Assembly (NCBI GenBank): GCA_037076615.1
Contig: AP029158.1
Location: 397,337-461,336, forward strand
Length of the DNA: 64,000 nt
Reading direction: 5' to 3'
From: Candidatus Parcubacteria bacterium
Lineage (GTDB): Bacteria; Patescibacteriota; Patescibacteriia; Patescibacteriales; UBA12465
The notes under the pieces are model-generated. The model searched no databases. It saw only the letters and a list, made by a program, of their open reading frames with translations, and was not told where the DNA came from. Below are positions 17,767 to 28,432 of the stretch, one piece after another (positions within the stretch are counted from its first letter, which is position 1; every line of letters starts with the position of its first letter). The translations under genes were made by a program, and so were the position numbers.

Positions 17767-19575
17767 TTAACTTAAACTTTGATTACGTTGTCGTTCCTGA
17801 TTTAAATACTTGAGCTCTTCCATTAAAACCGTGATTTTTTCCGTATCCCCAGCCGCCTCCGCGGCGGCAAGTTCTCTAGTGGCGGCCGCTAAACGATTCT
17901 TTAAATAAGCACCTTCTAAATCAGCTAAAACGCGGATTAACTCTTCTCGAACCTCCTTTAGTTCATTGGTGTAAAAATCTTTATCGCCCAACAAAACCAA
18001 GCGGTCTAGCAAATTAAATTCTTCTTCAGCACCGCTTAAATAATTTCTAAAGTTTTGATAAGAGAAATCAGTTTCCTTATTATAATAGATAATTAGATTA
18101 TTGTAAAATGTGCCCAGTTTCGGTGGCTGTAACCAGGCGGGATTTGAGTTAGCCGCCGCGTAATCTAACAGTTCGGGGAATTTAATAATAATGGCGAGGA
18201 GTCGTTCGCTTAGCTGCTCTTCGCGGCTCGGTAAAATTAAAGTCGGCGTTTTTTCTGTCTTCAGTTTAGTGGGTTGACTCGTTTTTTTATTAACTAGCGC
18301 CGACAGGGCGGACCGGAGCTCGGTTTCAGCCACCCCTAAACGTTCCGCAAAACGCCGTAACCAATAACTAGCCTCAATCTTGTTAGTCATCAGCGCTAAC
18401 AGGGGCAAGATTTTTTCAATTACTTCCCCGCGCCGAGTCACATCATTTAAATCTAAATTTTCAACCAATTGCCCAAAATAATATTCCATCATCGGCGGGG
18501 CGTTTTTGACCGCCTCTTTAAAAGCTTCTGGATCACGGCGCAAACTTTCATCGGGATCTTTGCCATTAGGTACGACCACGACCCGAATATTCATTTCTTG
18601 AGCTAAAGCCTCGCCAATCCCGCGATCGGCCGCCAGTTGTCCGGCGGTATCGGCATCAAAACAGAGGGCGATATTTTTACTATAGCGCTTGAGCAAAGTT
18701 ATCTGCGCAGCGGTTAAAGCGGTGCCACTAGAAGCAACCGTATTTTTGAAACCAAACTGATGGCAAGCAATAACATCCATCTGCCCTTCCACAACAATGG
18801 CTAAATCTTCAGCTTTAATCACTTGCTTAGCCTTGTCTAAACCGAACAAAAGTCGACTTTTATCATAAACGCCACTCTGCGGACTATTGATATATTTACC
18901 GGTTTTTTGATCAGTCGACTGAGGATTAAGACGACCGGAAAAACCAACTGGATTACCAGCCAGGTCATTAAGAGGAAACATCAGCCGATCGCGAAAACGA
19001 TCATAGGTGCGACCATCCTTGTTTATTGCTAAGCCCGCGGCTTCTAGTTCGGTAGGTGTATATTTTTTGCCAGATTGAGGTCTGGTAACTAAAAACTTAC
19101 TTAAAGAATCCCAACTATTGGGCGCGTAGCCAAGCTGCCAGTCTTTAATTATTTCCGGCGTGAGCCCGCGCTCTTCTAAATAAGCCCGAATTGACGCCCC
19201 GGTGGAAGTCGTTAATATATACTCGTAGTATTTTACCGCCAGTGCCAAAACGTCTAAAAGACGGTTGCGCTTATCACTATCTTGAGGAACAAAATCATTT
19301 TTTAAAACCACGCCCGCCTTCGGAGCTAATTGTCTGAGCGCCTCTTTAAAAGAAAGCCCCTCTATCTCCATTAAAAAGGTAAAGATATCCCCGCCCTTAC
19401 CGCAGCCAAAACAGTGCCAAATGCGCTTTTCTGGAGAAATAACAAAAGACGGCGTCTTTTCCCCATGAAAGGGGCAAAGAGCGTTAAAATTGGCACCAGC
19501 GGGCTTCACGGGGATAAATTCGCGAATGAACTCCACTAGGTCCAGTTTTTCCTTGATTTCTTCAGCGGGGGTCAT
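17767..19575 (-). CDS. dnaG: DNA primase
   Basis: [11 protein letters not shown] zinc finger, KYINSP, VEGQMD, FDAD TOPRIM. Confidence 0.97.
   Translation of the reverse strand: MTPAEEIKEKLDLVEFIREFIPVKPAGANFNALCPFHGEKTPSFVISPEKRIWHCFGCGKGGDIFTFLMEIEGLSFKEALRQLAPKAGVVLKNDFVPQDSDKRNRLLDVLALAVKYYEYILTTSTGASIRAYLEERGLTPEIIKDWQLGYAPNSWDSLSKFLVTRPQSGKKYTPTELEAAGLAINKDGRTYDRFRDRLMFPLNDLAGNPVGFSGRLNPQSTDQKTGKYINSPQSGVYDKSRLLFGLDKAKQVIKAEDLAIVVEGQMDVIACHQFGFKNTVASSGTALTAAQITLLKRYSKNIALCFDADTAGQLAADRGIGEALAQEMNIRVVVVPNGKDPDESLRRDPEAFKEAVKNAPPMMEYYFGQLVENLDLNDVTRRGEVIEKILPLLALMTNKIEASYWLRRFAERLGVAETELRSALSALVNKKTSQPTKLKTEKTPTLILPSREEQLSERLLAIIIKFPELLDYAAANSNPAWLQPPKLGTFYNNLIIYYNKETDFSYQNFRNYLSGAEEEFNLLDRLVLLGDKDFYTNELKEVREELIRVLADLEGAYLKNRLAAATRELAAAEAAGDTEKITVLMEELKYLNQERQRNQSLS
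18079..18107 (-). promoter_or_regulatory. Candidate rpoD promoter inside dnaG
   Basis: TTTACA-17-TATAAT. Confidence 0.5.
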
Positions 19576-19661
19576 AAAAATCTACTTTTTATTAGCTTAA
19601 CCGCTGCCGGTCTTTTAAGCAAGAGAGCCTTAATTAATTCTCAAGGCCAACTTAATTTTTT

Positions 19662-19982
19662 CTAAAATGAATCTAAATATTCTCTTAGGTTTTGCGCTAA
19701 ATCAGTTAAAGCTGTTTCTACCACCGGACCGTCATATTCAGCATTGTGCATCCTGACACCTTGATAACTAGCTTGCTTTTGATCCAGGTGAACTTCTAAA
19801 ATAAAACGATCGGGCGTTTCTTTGACATAGAGGTGCAGGCGTGGATAAAAATCGCGAGTTAAGCGTTTAACATAACTTCCCTGTTCACGGCGTTTATCAA
19901 AAATATAAGCCCATCCGGCTTGGCGTAAAAAATTATCAGCTTGGAAGTTGGGAACTTTTTCTTTACTGATTATTAGCTTCAT
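19662..19982 (-). CDS. Hypothetical protein
   Basis: 106-aa ORF in operon context (YPRLHLY...HLDQK). Confidence 0.7.
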   Translation of the reverse strand: MKLIISKEKVPNFQADNFLRQAGWAYIFDKRREQGSYVKRLTRDFYPRLHLYVKETPDRFILEVHLDQKQASYQGVRMHNAEYDGPVVETALTDLAQNLREYLDSF

Positions 19983-20445
19983 TGTCTTTATTTTTAAAAA
20001 TTACAAACTTACTCATTAAAAAATTATAGAGCCCAAGGGTGACATTAGCAATCAGTTGCGATAAGAGGTGCCAGACCCCAAAAAAATTAGTAAGCCACTG
20101 CACCAAAATAATGTTCAGACTTAAAATAATTAGGGTGTTAAAAAAATAGGCGATCATTTGTTTGGACACCCCTTGCCTGCGGGTACCAAAGGTCCAGCCA
20201 CGATGAATAAAGAAACTGACGAAGAAAGCTAAAATAAAAGCCAAGGCTGTTGAAAGTTCCAAGCTTAATTTTACTAAATCATAAAAAATAAAAAGAAAAA
20301 CAATACTGGTTAAACCTACCACCATTGAAGAAACTAGAAAACGGGCGAGTTTATCATCTTTAATAACGTGCGCATAAAGCCGCGGAAACAAGCGTTTTAA
20401 AAGGCGGTCAGTAAAATTGCTGAAAGTCTTAAAAACTGAAGTCAT
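19963..20445 (-). CDS. GtrA family membrane protein
   Basis: Four TM segments; WTF and YNFLMSKFVIF motifs. Confidence 0.85.
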   Translation of the reverse strand: MTSVFKTFSNFTDRLLKRLFPRLYAHVIKDDKLARFLVSSMVVGLTSIVFLFIFYDLVKLSLELSTALAFILAFFVSFFIHRGWTFGTRRQGVSKQMIAYFFNTLIILSLNIILVQWLTNFFGVWHLLSQLIANVTLGLYNFLMSKFVIFKNKDNEANNQ

Positions 20446-20454
20446 AAAAATAAA

Positions 20455-21381
20455 TTAACGCCAAGAAAAATAAGTAGCGACCCAATCAGCCAGCGTTTCG
20501 GTGTCTCTAAAACGCTCAGCACTGGAAGAAGCGCCTAAGACAACAGTGATAATGGTTTCTTCGGTTTCCAGCTCATTAATGGCGGCGGCAAAACAATAAC
20601 CCGCCTCTTCAGTATAACCAGTTTTCGCTCCTTCTAAAGCGAGGTCCACGGAATCGGCGTGAACTAAATCATTAGTCGCTTCAACGATCCGGGTTTTTCC
20701 CTCTTTAGTGGTAAAGCGATAAGTGTTTAAATTAGTGGTGGCCGCTATCTCCGGATAAGCAAGGGTGGCTTTCACCAGCCGCGCTACATCTTGAGCGCTG
20801 GCCACATTTCCGGCTGCGAGGCCCGTCGGTTCAACAAAGTGGCTAGAAAACATTCCTAAACGTTTAGCTTGATTATTCATCGCCGCTACAAAATCTTCTT
20901 CGCTTAAGCCGGTGGATTTCGCTAGTGCTCTAGTGGCCACATTATCAGAACCAACCAAGGCGGATTTAAAAAGATCAAGCACCGTCACCGTATCACCACT
21001 CCAGAAATGAATTTTACCGCCAGCGATATGATCACCAGCGCTAATTTTATACTCTTGATCAAAACCAGGATTATTTTCCAAGAAAACTAAGACCGTCATT
21101 AACTTGGTTAAACTGGCAATCGGCTGCGCCACGGTCGCCTCCTTAGTGTATAGGAAAGAATTATCAGCACTGAGCATAACTGCTCCTTTGGGTGCCGAAA
21201 CTTCAGGACCTGGATCTTCGGAATCTTTAGTAAATCTTTTTTTGTCTAGATTAGTCGGTAAAAAATTCTCGGCAGTAACTACTTGTCGACAATCCTGATA
21301 AGCGGCCACCACCTGCTGTGGTTGGGAAATATCAGTAAATAAAAAAATTGCGAAACAATTGATAATGAAGGGCCAATACAT
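20455..21381 (-). CDS. D-alanyl-D-alanine carboxypeptidase (peptidase S11)
   Basis: PIASLTKLMT, SDN, KTGYT. Confidence 0.9.
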   Translation of the reverse strand: MYWPFIINCFAIFLFTDISQPQQVVAAYQDCRQVVTAENFLPTNLDKKRFTKDSEDPGPEVSAPKGAVMLSADNSFLYTKEATVAQPIASLTKLMTVLVFLENNPGFDQEYKISAGDHIAGGKIHFWSGDTVTVLDLFKSALVGSDNVATRALAKSTGLSEEDFVAAMNNQAKRLGMFSSHFVEPTGLAAGNVASAQDVARLVKATLAYPEIAATTNLNTYRFTTKEGKTRIVEATNDLVHADSVDLALEGAKTGYTEEAGYCFAAAINELETEETIITVVLGASSSAERFRDTETLADWVATYFSWR

Positions 21382-21398
21382 TTTTAATTCGTTTTAAT

Positions 21399-21953
21399 TT
21401 ATAAATCTGAGTCAGCATCCGCTTCGGTAACAGCGCTAGTTAAAGGTTCGCGAGCGTGTAGTTTTTCGTAATCAGGCAATTCGTTTAAATTAGCGACCCC
21501 TAAATATTTCAAAAAATCCAAAGAAACAGAATAGACGGTTTCACCGAGAGCCTTATCTTCGGCCTCTTCAATTAAACCGCGAATCAAAAGATTGCGTAAA
21601 ATCAAACTGCAATTAATCCCTCTAATCATTTCTAGCTCTGCCTTAGTCACTGGGCCACGATAAGCAATGATAGTTAAGGCCTCTAAACTGGCCGGTGTTA
21701 ACTCGCCGGAAGTTTCGTCCTTCAGAAAACGACTAACAATTTCGGCATTTTCCGGGGCGGTCGTTAGTTGATACTTGTCATTATTCTGAGCCAAAATAAA
21801 ACCGCGCCCGGATTCTTGATACTCACTGCCAATCTTAGCGAGCGTGTCTTTAACCTCACCGGCCGAAGCGTCGACGGCCTTAGCTAAATCCTTTAGCGCT
21901 AAGGGCTGGTTAGAGATAAATAATAAAGATTCTAAAATAGATTCGAGTTTCAT
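21399..21953 (-). CDS. scpB: SMC-Scp complex subunit ScpB
   Basis: LESLLF, LEALTIIAYRGPVT, IRGIN. Confidence 0.95.
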   Translation of the reverse strand: MKLESILESLLFISNQPLALKDLAKAVDASAGEVKDTLAKIGSEYQESGRGFILAQNNDKYQLTTAPENAEIVSRFLKDETSGELTPASLEALTIIAYRGPVTKAELEMIRGINCSLILRNLLIRGLIEEAEDKALGETVYSVSLDFLKYLGVANLNELPDYEKLHAREPLTSAVTEADADSDL

Positions 21954-21961
21954 AAATATAA

Positions 21962-22684
21962 TTAGTTAACGGCCACCACCTGAATTTCGGCAAATAAACC
22001 GTCTTGTTCAAAAACCAATTCCTGCTGTTTTGCTAATTCCAAAACAGCTAAAAAATTAACGACGACTTCGGTTCGATTCTTGGCCGTCTTTAAAAACTGA
22101 GAAAAACTAAAACGCAATTTTTTACCTAAGAGCTGGCGAATACTAACAATGCGGTCATCAATACTAATTTTTGCTTCCCAGCTTTCTTCTGGCAAAAGTT
22201 TTACGGTCGCGGCGAGACGATTAAGAATTTCTTCATAACGAGCCGCTAATAATTCCGGGGTTACATTTTTGGGAGCAACAAATTTCGGACGGGTGACTGG
22301 ACGACGACGCCAATTACGATTCAAAGCCGAGGGGGCAAATAAGAATTTTTTGCGGCCAATAATGACCTCTAAGTTATGACTCGCCGCAACGAATTCTTGA
22401 TACATCTTTAACTGCTTTTCAAGATCATCTTCATTGTCTTCACTCTCATCAAAAACTAAATAAGGGAGGAGTGCCTTAGATTTTATATAAAGTAAACGCG
22501 CTGCTAAAACTAAAAAATCCGCCAACTCCTCATCGGGGATATTAGGATTGGTTTGGACATAGTCAACATAGTTGTCGGCAATTTTAGCTAGCGACACCTC
22601 GGTAATATCCAATTCCTCTTTCTCAATTAAACGTAAGAGTAAACCTAAAGGACCAGTAAATTGCTCTAGTTCGATTTCATGCAT
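21962..22684 (-). CDS. scpA: Segregation/condensation protein ScpA
   Basis: FTGPLGLLLRLI, KSKALLP, FLAVLEL. Confidence 0.95.
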   Translation of the reverse strand: MHEIELEQFTGPLGLLLRLIEKEELDITEVSLAKIADNYVDYVQTNPNIPDEELADFLVLAARLLYIKSKALLPYLVFDESEDNEDDLEKQLKMYQEFVAASHNLEVIIGRKKFLFAPSALNRNWRRRPVTRPKFVAPKNVTPELLAARYEEILNRLAATVKLLPEESWEAKISIDDRIVSIRQLLGKKLRFSFSQFLKTAKNRTEVVVNFLAVLELAKQQELVFEQDGLFAEIQVVAVN

Positions 22685-22689
22685 AAAGC

Positions 22690-23706
22690 TTAACGCGCCT
22701 TCTCAGCCTCAACGGTGACCGGACTTTTCTCCGACCAAACTTTTAAATCAAAGCAATAATAGCCGGCATCATGAGTTTGCCCATAAAGCGGTCGACTCTC
22801 CGGATAGAGCTGGGTATTGTCGGTATCGGTGCGAAAAGTGGCACAGAGTCTATAATTTTCGTCGTCAACAATTTCGTAAACCAAAGGTAAGCCAGTATCA
22901 CTATCAATTAAATCCTGAGTACTGAAATAAGCGGTGCGGCTATTTTTAAGAGTATTTAAATCCTCCGGTAACTGACCATATTCCTCATAATAAGAGTTAA
23001 TTGAATTCTCAACCAAGTTAACACTATTCATTAATTGGCTGTCTAGTTTTTTGGCTCGGGTCACAGTCGGCGCTTCCATAAAAAACCAAGCTGAGACAAA
23101 AGCGGCGATCACCAAAAGCAGCGAAGCGAAGAAGAAAATCTTGATTCCTGCTCGCCCTTCATTAGGATTGCGGCGACGAATTTCCAAGAGGTAGAAAGAA
23201 AAAATAATTCCGGCAATCAGTAAGACTGTTAACATCTGTAAAATGAAACGCCAAGTAAAATCACCGGATAAAAAATTATTCAAAACAGCGATTAAAACAC
23301 CGAGGATCGTAACAGCGGAAACAAATAAAATTAAATAAGTCATCCAGCGACGCACCGGTGACTCTAAGGGCAAATCCTCTTTACGCAAACCTTTAAAAAT
23401 CAAACGCTGCATTACATAGAAAATTGGCGCGGCAATTACTAAAGAGGAAATAGCAAAGCGGAAGGAAGCCGAAGGGTCATAATAAGAAGAAAGTGGTGAA
23501 GCTAAAGTCTCGTTAATGATTCCAAAGGCGATCAGGCCCACCGAAACCGCGGTAAAAGCCAGCGCGACTAAGGACAATAAATAATAGAACACGTATTTAG
23601 CAGAATTATTCATATATTTATGATTACGATAATCGGTGATAGCACCGATTATAAAAATGCTTAAGAAAATTATTGTCGCCGGGATAAAAACCAAAGCGCT
23701 AAACAT
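22690..23706 (-). CDS. DUF5671-like membrane protein (true start may be 23613)
   Basis: Multiple TM helices, VRRWMTYLILF, pilin-like C-terminal part (LPEDL...YRLCATF). Confidence 0.7.
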   Translation of the reverse strand: MFSALVFIPATIIFLSIFIIGAITDYRNHKYMNNSAKYVFYYLLSLVALAFTAVSVGLIAFGIINETLASPLSSYYDPSASFRFAISSLVIAAPIFYVMQRLIFKGLRKEDLPLESPVRRWMTYLILFVSAVTILGVLIAVLNNFLSGDFTWRFILQMLTVLLIAGIIFSFYLLEIRRRNPNEGRAGIKIFFFASLLLVIAAFVSAWFFMEAPTVTRAKKLDSQLMNSVNLVENSINSYYEEYGQLPEDLNTLKNSRTAYFSTQDLIDSDTGLPLVYEIVDDENYRLCATFRTDTDNTQLYPESRPLYGQTHDAGYYCFDLKVWSEKSPVTVEAEKAR

Positions 23707-25498
23707 TTTTTTGCGGTTTTAGATTAATATTTAACTCTTCTAATTGCCCTTCAGAAACGGAAGCGGGCGCGTCCGACATTAAATCTCGGCCCTGATTGTC
23801 TTTAGGGAAAGCATAAATATCGCGAATTGAATCCCAATCATTTAACACCATTAAAATCCGGTCAATTCCCGGGGCATTGCCGCCATGAGGGGGCGCGCCA
23901 TAAGAGAAGGCATTAATCATCGCGCCAAACTTTTTGTCCACTTCCTCTTTACTGTAGCCAGCAATGTTAAAAGCAGCATACATAATCTCTGGGTCATGGT
24001 TGCGAATACCACCCGAGGAAACTTCAAAGCCGTTTAAAACTAAATCAAATTGATAAGCTAAAATCTCAAAAGGATCTTTAGACTGCAGTGCCTCCAGGCC
24101 GCCCTGAGGCATAGAAAAAGGATTGTGACTAAAATCAACCTTCCCTTCTTCTAAATCAGAATAATCATACATGGGAAAGTCAACGACCCAAATCCAAGCG
24201 GCGACCGAATTATCTTTGAGGCCTAAACGTAAGCCGACTTCGTTGCGCACGGCGCCTAAAGCCTCGGAAATTAATCGCCAGGGGCCAGCAGCTAAGAAAA
24301 CTAAATCACCAACTTCTAAGGAAACAGAAGCAGCTAAAACTTGTAAAGCTTCCGGCGTCACCGCCTTAGCAAAAGAAGCGCTGAGCTCATGGTCGCGACT
24401 GATAATGTAAGCTAAACCGCCTAAACCTCGCTTTTTCGCCACGGCAATCAGCTCATCAATTTCCCGTCGCGAAAACTTAGCCCCGCCGGGAATTTTTAAA
24501 GCTTTCACCACGCCACCGGCAGCTAAGGCCTCGGTAAAAATTTTAAAATCACTTTTTTTAGCGGCCTCCGAAACATCTTGTAATTCTAAGGCAAAGCGGG
24601 TATCGGGTTTATCAGAGCCATAACGATCAATGGCTTCTTGCCAAGAGATTTGCCGAAAGCGACCGTCCGGCCATAAATTAATTAATTTTTTGGTGCTAAT
24701 CTTTTCAGTCAACTCTTTCATGATCGGCTCCATGATTTGAAAAATATCATCCTGCTCGACAAAACTCATCTCCATGTCTAACTGATAAAATTCACCGTAA
24801 TGTCTATCCAGGCGTGGATCTTCATCGCGAAAACAAGGGGCAATTTGAAAATACCGGTCTAAACCGCCGACCATTAAAAGCTGCTTGAACTGCTGCGGTG
24901 CTTGCGGTAAGGCGTAAAATTTTCCAGGATGCAAACGAGAAGGAATTAAAAAATCACGCGCCCCTTCGGGCGAGGAAGAAGCGAGAATTGGGGTTTGGAC
25001 TTCAGTAAAATCATGGGCGTGAAAATATTCCCGGATTATGGTAATCATCCGGTCTTTAGTACGCAACATTTCTTGAATTTTAGGACGGCGTAAATCTAAA
25101 TAACGATATTTAAGACGCAAAGCTTCATTGGCTAAACCGGTCTTATCTTCATTTAATTCAAAAGGCATGAGCTTTGACTGGCTGAGAATCTTAATTTCGG
25201 TAGCCGGAATCTCAATGGCGCCAGTTTTCATTTCCGGGTTAGTCTGCCCTTCACCACGCGCGCGAACCGGACCAATTATCTGTAGCACCCACTCGGGCTT
25301 AATGGTCTCGGCTAAAGAAATTAAATCAGCGGCGGTGGTGGCCGGATCTAAGATCACTTGAGTAATACCATAGCGATCGCGAAGGTTAATAAAAATTAAA
25401 CCACCATGATTGCGGATACTCGCCACCCAACCACTTAAAGCCACTATTTCCCCAATCTGAGTAGAGTTTAGTTCGCCACAAGTGTGCGTTCGTAACAT
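23699..25498 (-). CDS. aspS: Aspartate--tRNA ligase
   Basis: RTHTCGEL, RLKYRYLDLR, PEGARDF, CFRDED, GAPPHGG. Confidence 0.97.
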   Translation of the reverse strand: MLRTHTCGELNSTQIGEIVALSGWVASIRNHGGLIFINLRDRYGITQVILDPATTAADLISLAETIKPEWVLQIIGPVRARGEGQTNPEMKTGAIEIPATEIKILSQSKLMPFELNEDKTGLANEALRLKYRYLDLRRPKIQEMLRTKDRMITIIREYFHAHDFTEVQTPILASSSPEGARDFLIPSRLHPGKFYALPQAPQQFKQLLMVGGLDRYFQIAPCFRDEDPRLDRHYGEFYQLDMEMSFVEQDDIFQIMEPIMKELTEKISTKKLINLWPDGRFRQISWQEAIDRYGSDKPDTRFALELQDVSEAAKKSDFKIFTEALAAGGVVKALKIPGGAKFSRREIDELIAVAKKRGLGGLAYIISRDHELSASFAKAVTPEALQVLAASVSLEVGDLVFLAAGPWRLISEALGAVRNEVGLRLGLKDNSVAAWIWVVDFPMYDYSDLEEGKVDFSHNPFSMPQGGLEALQSKDPFEILAYQFDLVLNGFEVSSGGIRNHDPEIMYAAFNIAGYSKEEVDKKFGAMINAFSYGAPPHGGNAPGIDRILMVLNDWDSIRDIYAFPKDNQGRDLMSDAPASVSEGQLEELNINLKPQKNV

Positions 25499-25633
25499 AT
25501 TGATAAAAAATTAAAACTCGGGAAAATCTTGAATTCCCCGCCTTTTTCACGGTAATACCTTTTAAATCTTACCCCATTAGAGCGGATTTAGCAAGAATCG
25601 ACACGGTTAAAGGTTAAAAAAAAGGAGTCTTTT

Positions 25634-25951
25634 TTAGACTCCATTTTTAAATTTTTCTTCCCTCTTAAGTCTTCTTGATTTTATCGCCACCCTCCGAAAT
25701 CTTCCGGTTTTTTTGGAAAATAAAAAGAAATGTGGTCCGATTTTTTTATACAGTTGAAGACCAGGAAATTCGCGGTTAATGTTCCGGAAGCGATTAACCG
25801 CTGCGGCATCGTCATACCCCTCAAGGCTGGTAAAATAAAGGATGAGATCACAGTCACCCATCATAACATATTTAGTGCCGACTCGCGCCTTTTTTTGCCT
25901 AATAATAATTTCAATGTCGGCAGCTATCTTTACCCTTGTTATTCTATCCAT
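25634..25951 (-). CDS. Hypothetical basic protein
   Basis: 105-aa ORF co-oriented with its neighbours; no motif. Confidence 0.5.
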   Translation of the reverse strand: MDRITRVKIAADIEIIIRQKKARVGTKYVMMGDCDLILYFTSLEGYDDAAAVNRFRNINREFPGLQLYKKIGPHFFLFSKKTGRFRRVAIKSRRLKREEKFKNGV

Positions 25952-26029
25952 TATTTATTTAATTTTTAAAGTTTTTGGTACTCCTGTTAATAATACAATA
26001 TATTAACGATAAAGTCAATAGCTAGGAAC

Positions 26030-26752
26030 TTAGAGAAAATCTAACATGACTTTATTAACTTCCCCCCAGCCTTTCAAGTCTTCGCTTTTAATACTCAGGG
26101 CCGGCAATTGATCATTTTTTGTGGCTAAACGGAGTATTTTAATCACATTATCTGTTATCGGTCGGCTCACTCCAGAAAAACGGGAGTTTTGCCGACAAAG
26201 GGGACAAATAAGGCCCCGCTGGGCCCCGGAAAAAAAGTTGCCACCCGGTTTCAAAGCTTGACCGCACCAAGCACAATGACTCAAGTCTGGTTCATAACCC
26301 AAAAGACTTAGCAGCCGGGAAATAAAATGTTGATAGCAGCGCTCACCCCGCGGTCGGCTCAGATTTAGAGCTTCTTGATTTAAATTAAAAAGCCAATTGT
26401 TAAAAAAATTAAAGAGCGCCGGATCGCTTAAATTTTCTTTGACTAAATTATCAAAAAGGTCAATTGCCGCGCCGGCGTAATAAAGAGCGTTCAGATCATT
26501 TTTTAAATTTAGAAAACCTTCGCTCATCACTGCGCTCCCCACATAGGAGTTTTGGCGGCTAGTTAAAATCATTAAATCAACCTGCGTAATTGGTTCTAAA
26601 TGAGCGGCTAACTTAGAGCTCATCTTTTTCGTTCCCCGCGCACTTAAGATTTTTTTACCATAATCTTCCGTATATAAAACCACGCGACTATCGTAGTCGC
26701 GCCAAGGAGATCTTTTTAGAATTAAAGCGCGGCTGCGCTGGGTTTCCGCCAT
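26030..26752 (-). CDS. recO: DNA repair protein RecO
   Basis: N-terminal OB fold, GYEPDL..CxxC...CxxC. Confidence 0.92.
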   Translation of the reverse strand: MAETQRSRALILKRSPWRDYDSRVVLYTEDYGKKILSARGTKKMSSKLAAHLEPITQVDLMILTSRQNSYVGSAVMSEGFLNLKNDLNALYYAGAAIDLFDNLVKENLSDPALFNFFNNWLFNLNQEALNLSRPRGERCYQHFISRLLSLLGYEPDLSHCAWCGQALKPGGNFFSGAQRGLICPLCRQNSRFSGVSRPITDNVIKILRLATKNDQLPALSIKSEDLKGWGEVNKVMLDFL

Positions 26753-26753
26753 A

Positions 26754-27137
26754 TTAACTTGCTTGCCGATCTAAAAAAACTTGTAGAATTAAGGCAGCGG
26801 CGATCTCATCACGACCAGCCTTGTCTTTTTTAGAACCCATTAAGGCATCCCCCCCTAAAGAGCTTAATCTTTCATCAATCTGATGAATCGGTAAATTAAC
26901 TTGGGTGGCTAAATCGGAGCTAAATTGAAGAAAATCAGAACTCAGCGGATCATTAGGGCGGCTCATCTTTTTCGGCACCCCTAAAACCAACTCTTCAATC
27001 TCTTCGGCAGCGATCACTTCTAAGAGCGCCGGCAGATTAGAGACCGTTTTAAAAGGTAAGGCCAGATTAGTTTCCGAATCCCCAGTCGCTAAACCAATTC
27101 TTTTTTCGCCCCAATCAATGCCTAGATATTTAACCAT
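26754..27137 (-). CDS. ruvX: YqgF/RuvX pre-16S rRNA nuclease
   Basis: LGIDWGEKRIGLA, DERLSS, DEIAAALILQ. Confidence 0.93.
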   Translation of the reverse strand: MVKYLGIDWGEKRIGLATGDSETNLALPFKTVSNLPALLEVIAAEEIEELVLGVPKKMSRPNDPLSSDFLQFSSDLATQVNLPIHQIDERLSSLGGDALMGSKKDKAGRDEIAAALILQVFLDRQAS

Positions 27138-27172
27138 AAAGCGCTTTAATAAAGCCTTAATTAATTCTCAAT

Positions 27173-28006
27173 TTAAGCTAAAGTCAGTATTTCCGGACCG
27201 TCTTCCGTAATTACTAAAGTGTGTTCAAAGTGCGCCGACAAGGAACCATCCGCGGTCAAAATTGTATAATCGTTAGCTGCCACCTTAACGCGCCAATCAC
27301 CCTCATTGACCATCGGTTCAATACAAATCACCATCCCTGGTGCCAGGACAAGGTTTTCGCGAGAACGAGCGCCAATCGCATAGTTAAAGACGTTCGGCTC
27401 TTCGTGGGCAAAATAGCCAACCCCATGGCCAACTAAATCACGGACAACTCCATAACCAGCGGCTTCCGCGTATTTTTGAATGGCCGCACCAATATCGTTT
27501 AAGGTTTTGCCCGGCTGAGCTTCTTCAATGCCAATCTCTAAACAGCGCTGAGTGACTTTAAGTAAGCGATGGGCGTTCTGACTAATTTTACCAACTGGAA
27601 CGGTGCGGCAAGTATCGGAAAAATAACCACCCCGAGAAGAATATGGATTAGTCGGAAAACCGTGCTCGGCGCGCATATTAGCATCGACCGGCCACTCCAT
27701 CCCAATATCTAAATCAATAATATCACCAGACTTTAATATCCTTCCCGGTAAAGCCGGACCGTGAACCACTTCATCATTAATGGACGCACACAGAGCGGAC
27801 GGAAATTTAACGCCGTCACCCATATCATAATTTAAAAAAGCCGGCCAACCACCAACGGCTTTAATTTTTGTCACCAGGAGATCTTCTAAAACTCGAGTCG
27901 ATACCCCCGGTTTAACGGCCGCGCTTAAATCATTTAGAATTTGAGCCAAGAGTCGGCTCCCATATCTTATTGCCTCAATTTCGGCGGCGGTTTTAATATA
28001 TACCAT
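27173..28006 (-). CDS. map: Type I methionyl aminopeptidase
   Basis: SINDEVVHG, GHGVG..HEEP, IEPM, SAHFEHT. Confidence 0.95.
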   Translation of the reverse strand: MVYIKTAAEIEAIRYGSRLLAQILNDLSAAVKPGVSTRVLEDLLVTKIKAVGGWPAFLNYDMGDGVKFPSALCASINDEVVHGPALPGRILKSGDIIDLDIGMEWPVDANMRAEHGFPTNPYSSRGGYFSDTCRTVPVGKISQNAHRLLKVTQRCLEIGIEEAQPGKTLNDIGAAIQKYAEAAGYGVVRDLVGHGVGYFAHEEPNVFNYAIGARSRENLVLAPGMVICIEPMVNEGDWRVKVAANDYTILTADGSLSAHFEHTLVITEDGPEILTLA

Positions 28007-28013
28007 ACGGTAA

Positions 28014-28316
28014 TTATTTTTTAAATGAATAAATAACTTTTTTGATATCGTCTAAATCCTCGTATTCCAACCCTAACTCCTCGCGGCGATTATAAATCTT
28101 ATTATAGGCGCGGCGGAGGTCAACGGTTGAGGGGTAATTATGGCTAAGCCATTTCTCCCGATACTCCTTAATAATATCGTAAATCAATTCCCTTTCCTCC
28201 TCATCAAGGGTTTCCATCACTAAACGTCTAGAGTTTAAGGAGCGCCAATATTTTTCTAAGCGGTATTTGTCAACCTTTGGATCCTTGGCCTTTTCTAAAA
28301 AATTATGTAAATCCAT
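28014..28316 (-). CDS. Hypothetical protein
   Basis: 100-aa ORF from the ATG at 28316, adjacent to map. Confidence 0.65.
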   Translation of the reverse strand: MDLHNFLEKAKDPKVDKYRLEKYWRSLNSRRLVMETLDEEERELIYDIIKEYREKWLSHNYPSTVDLRRAYNKIYNRREELGLEYEDLDDIKKVIYSFKK

Positions 28317-28378
28317 GTTTTTACAATTTTTATAACTAACTCTTGTCAGTTTACCCCAATTGATTTTGAGGGTCAACC

Positions 28379-28410
28379 AAAAATTCCGCCAACTAGGGCG
28401 GAATTTTTTT
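28379..28410 (-). terminator. Terminator of the spc operon
   Basis: AAAAATTCCGCC/GGCGGAATTTTT stem after secY. Confidence 0.85.
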
Positions 28411-28432
28411 ATAATCTATTTATTTTTTCTAT

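Noticed and set aside
25499-25633. T-box riboswitch upstream of aspS
   Set aside because: Too short and lacks the T-box consensus; only a small hairpin is present
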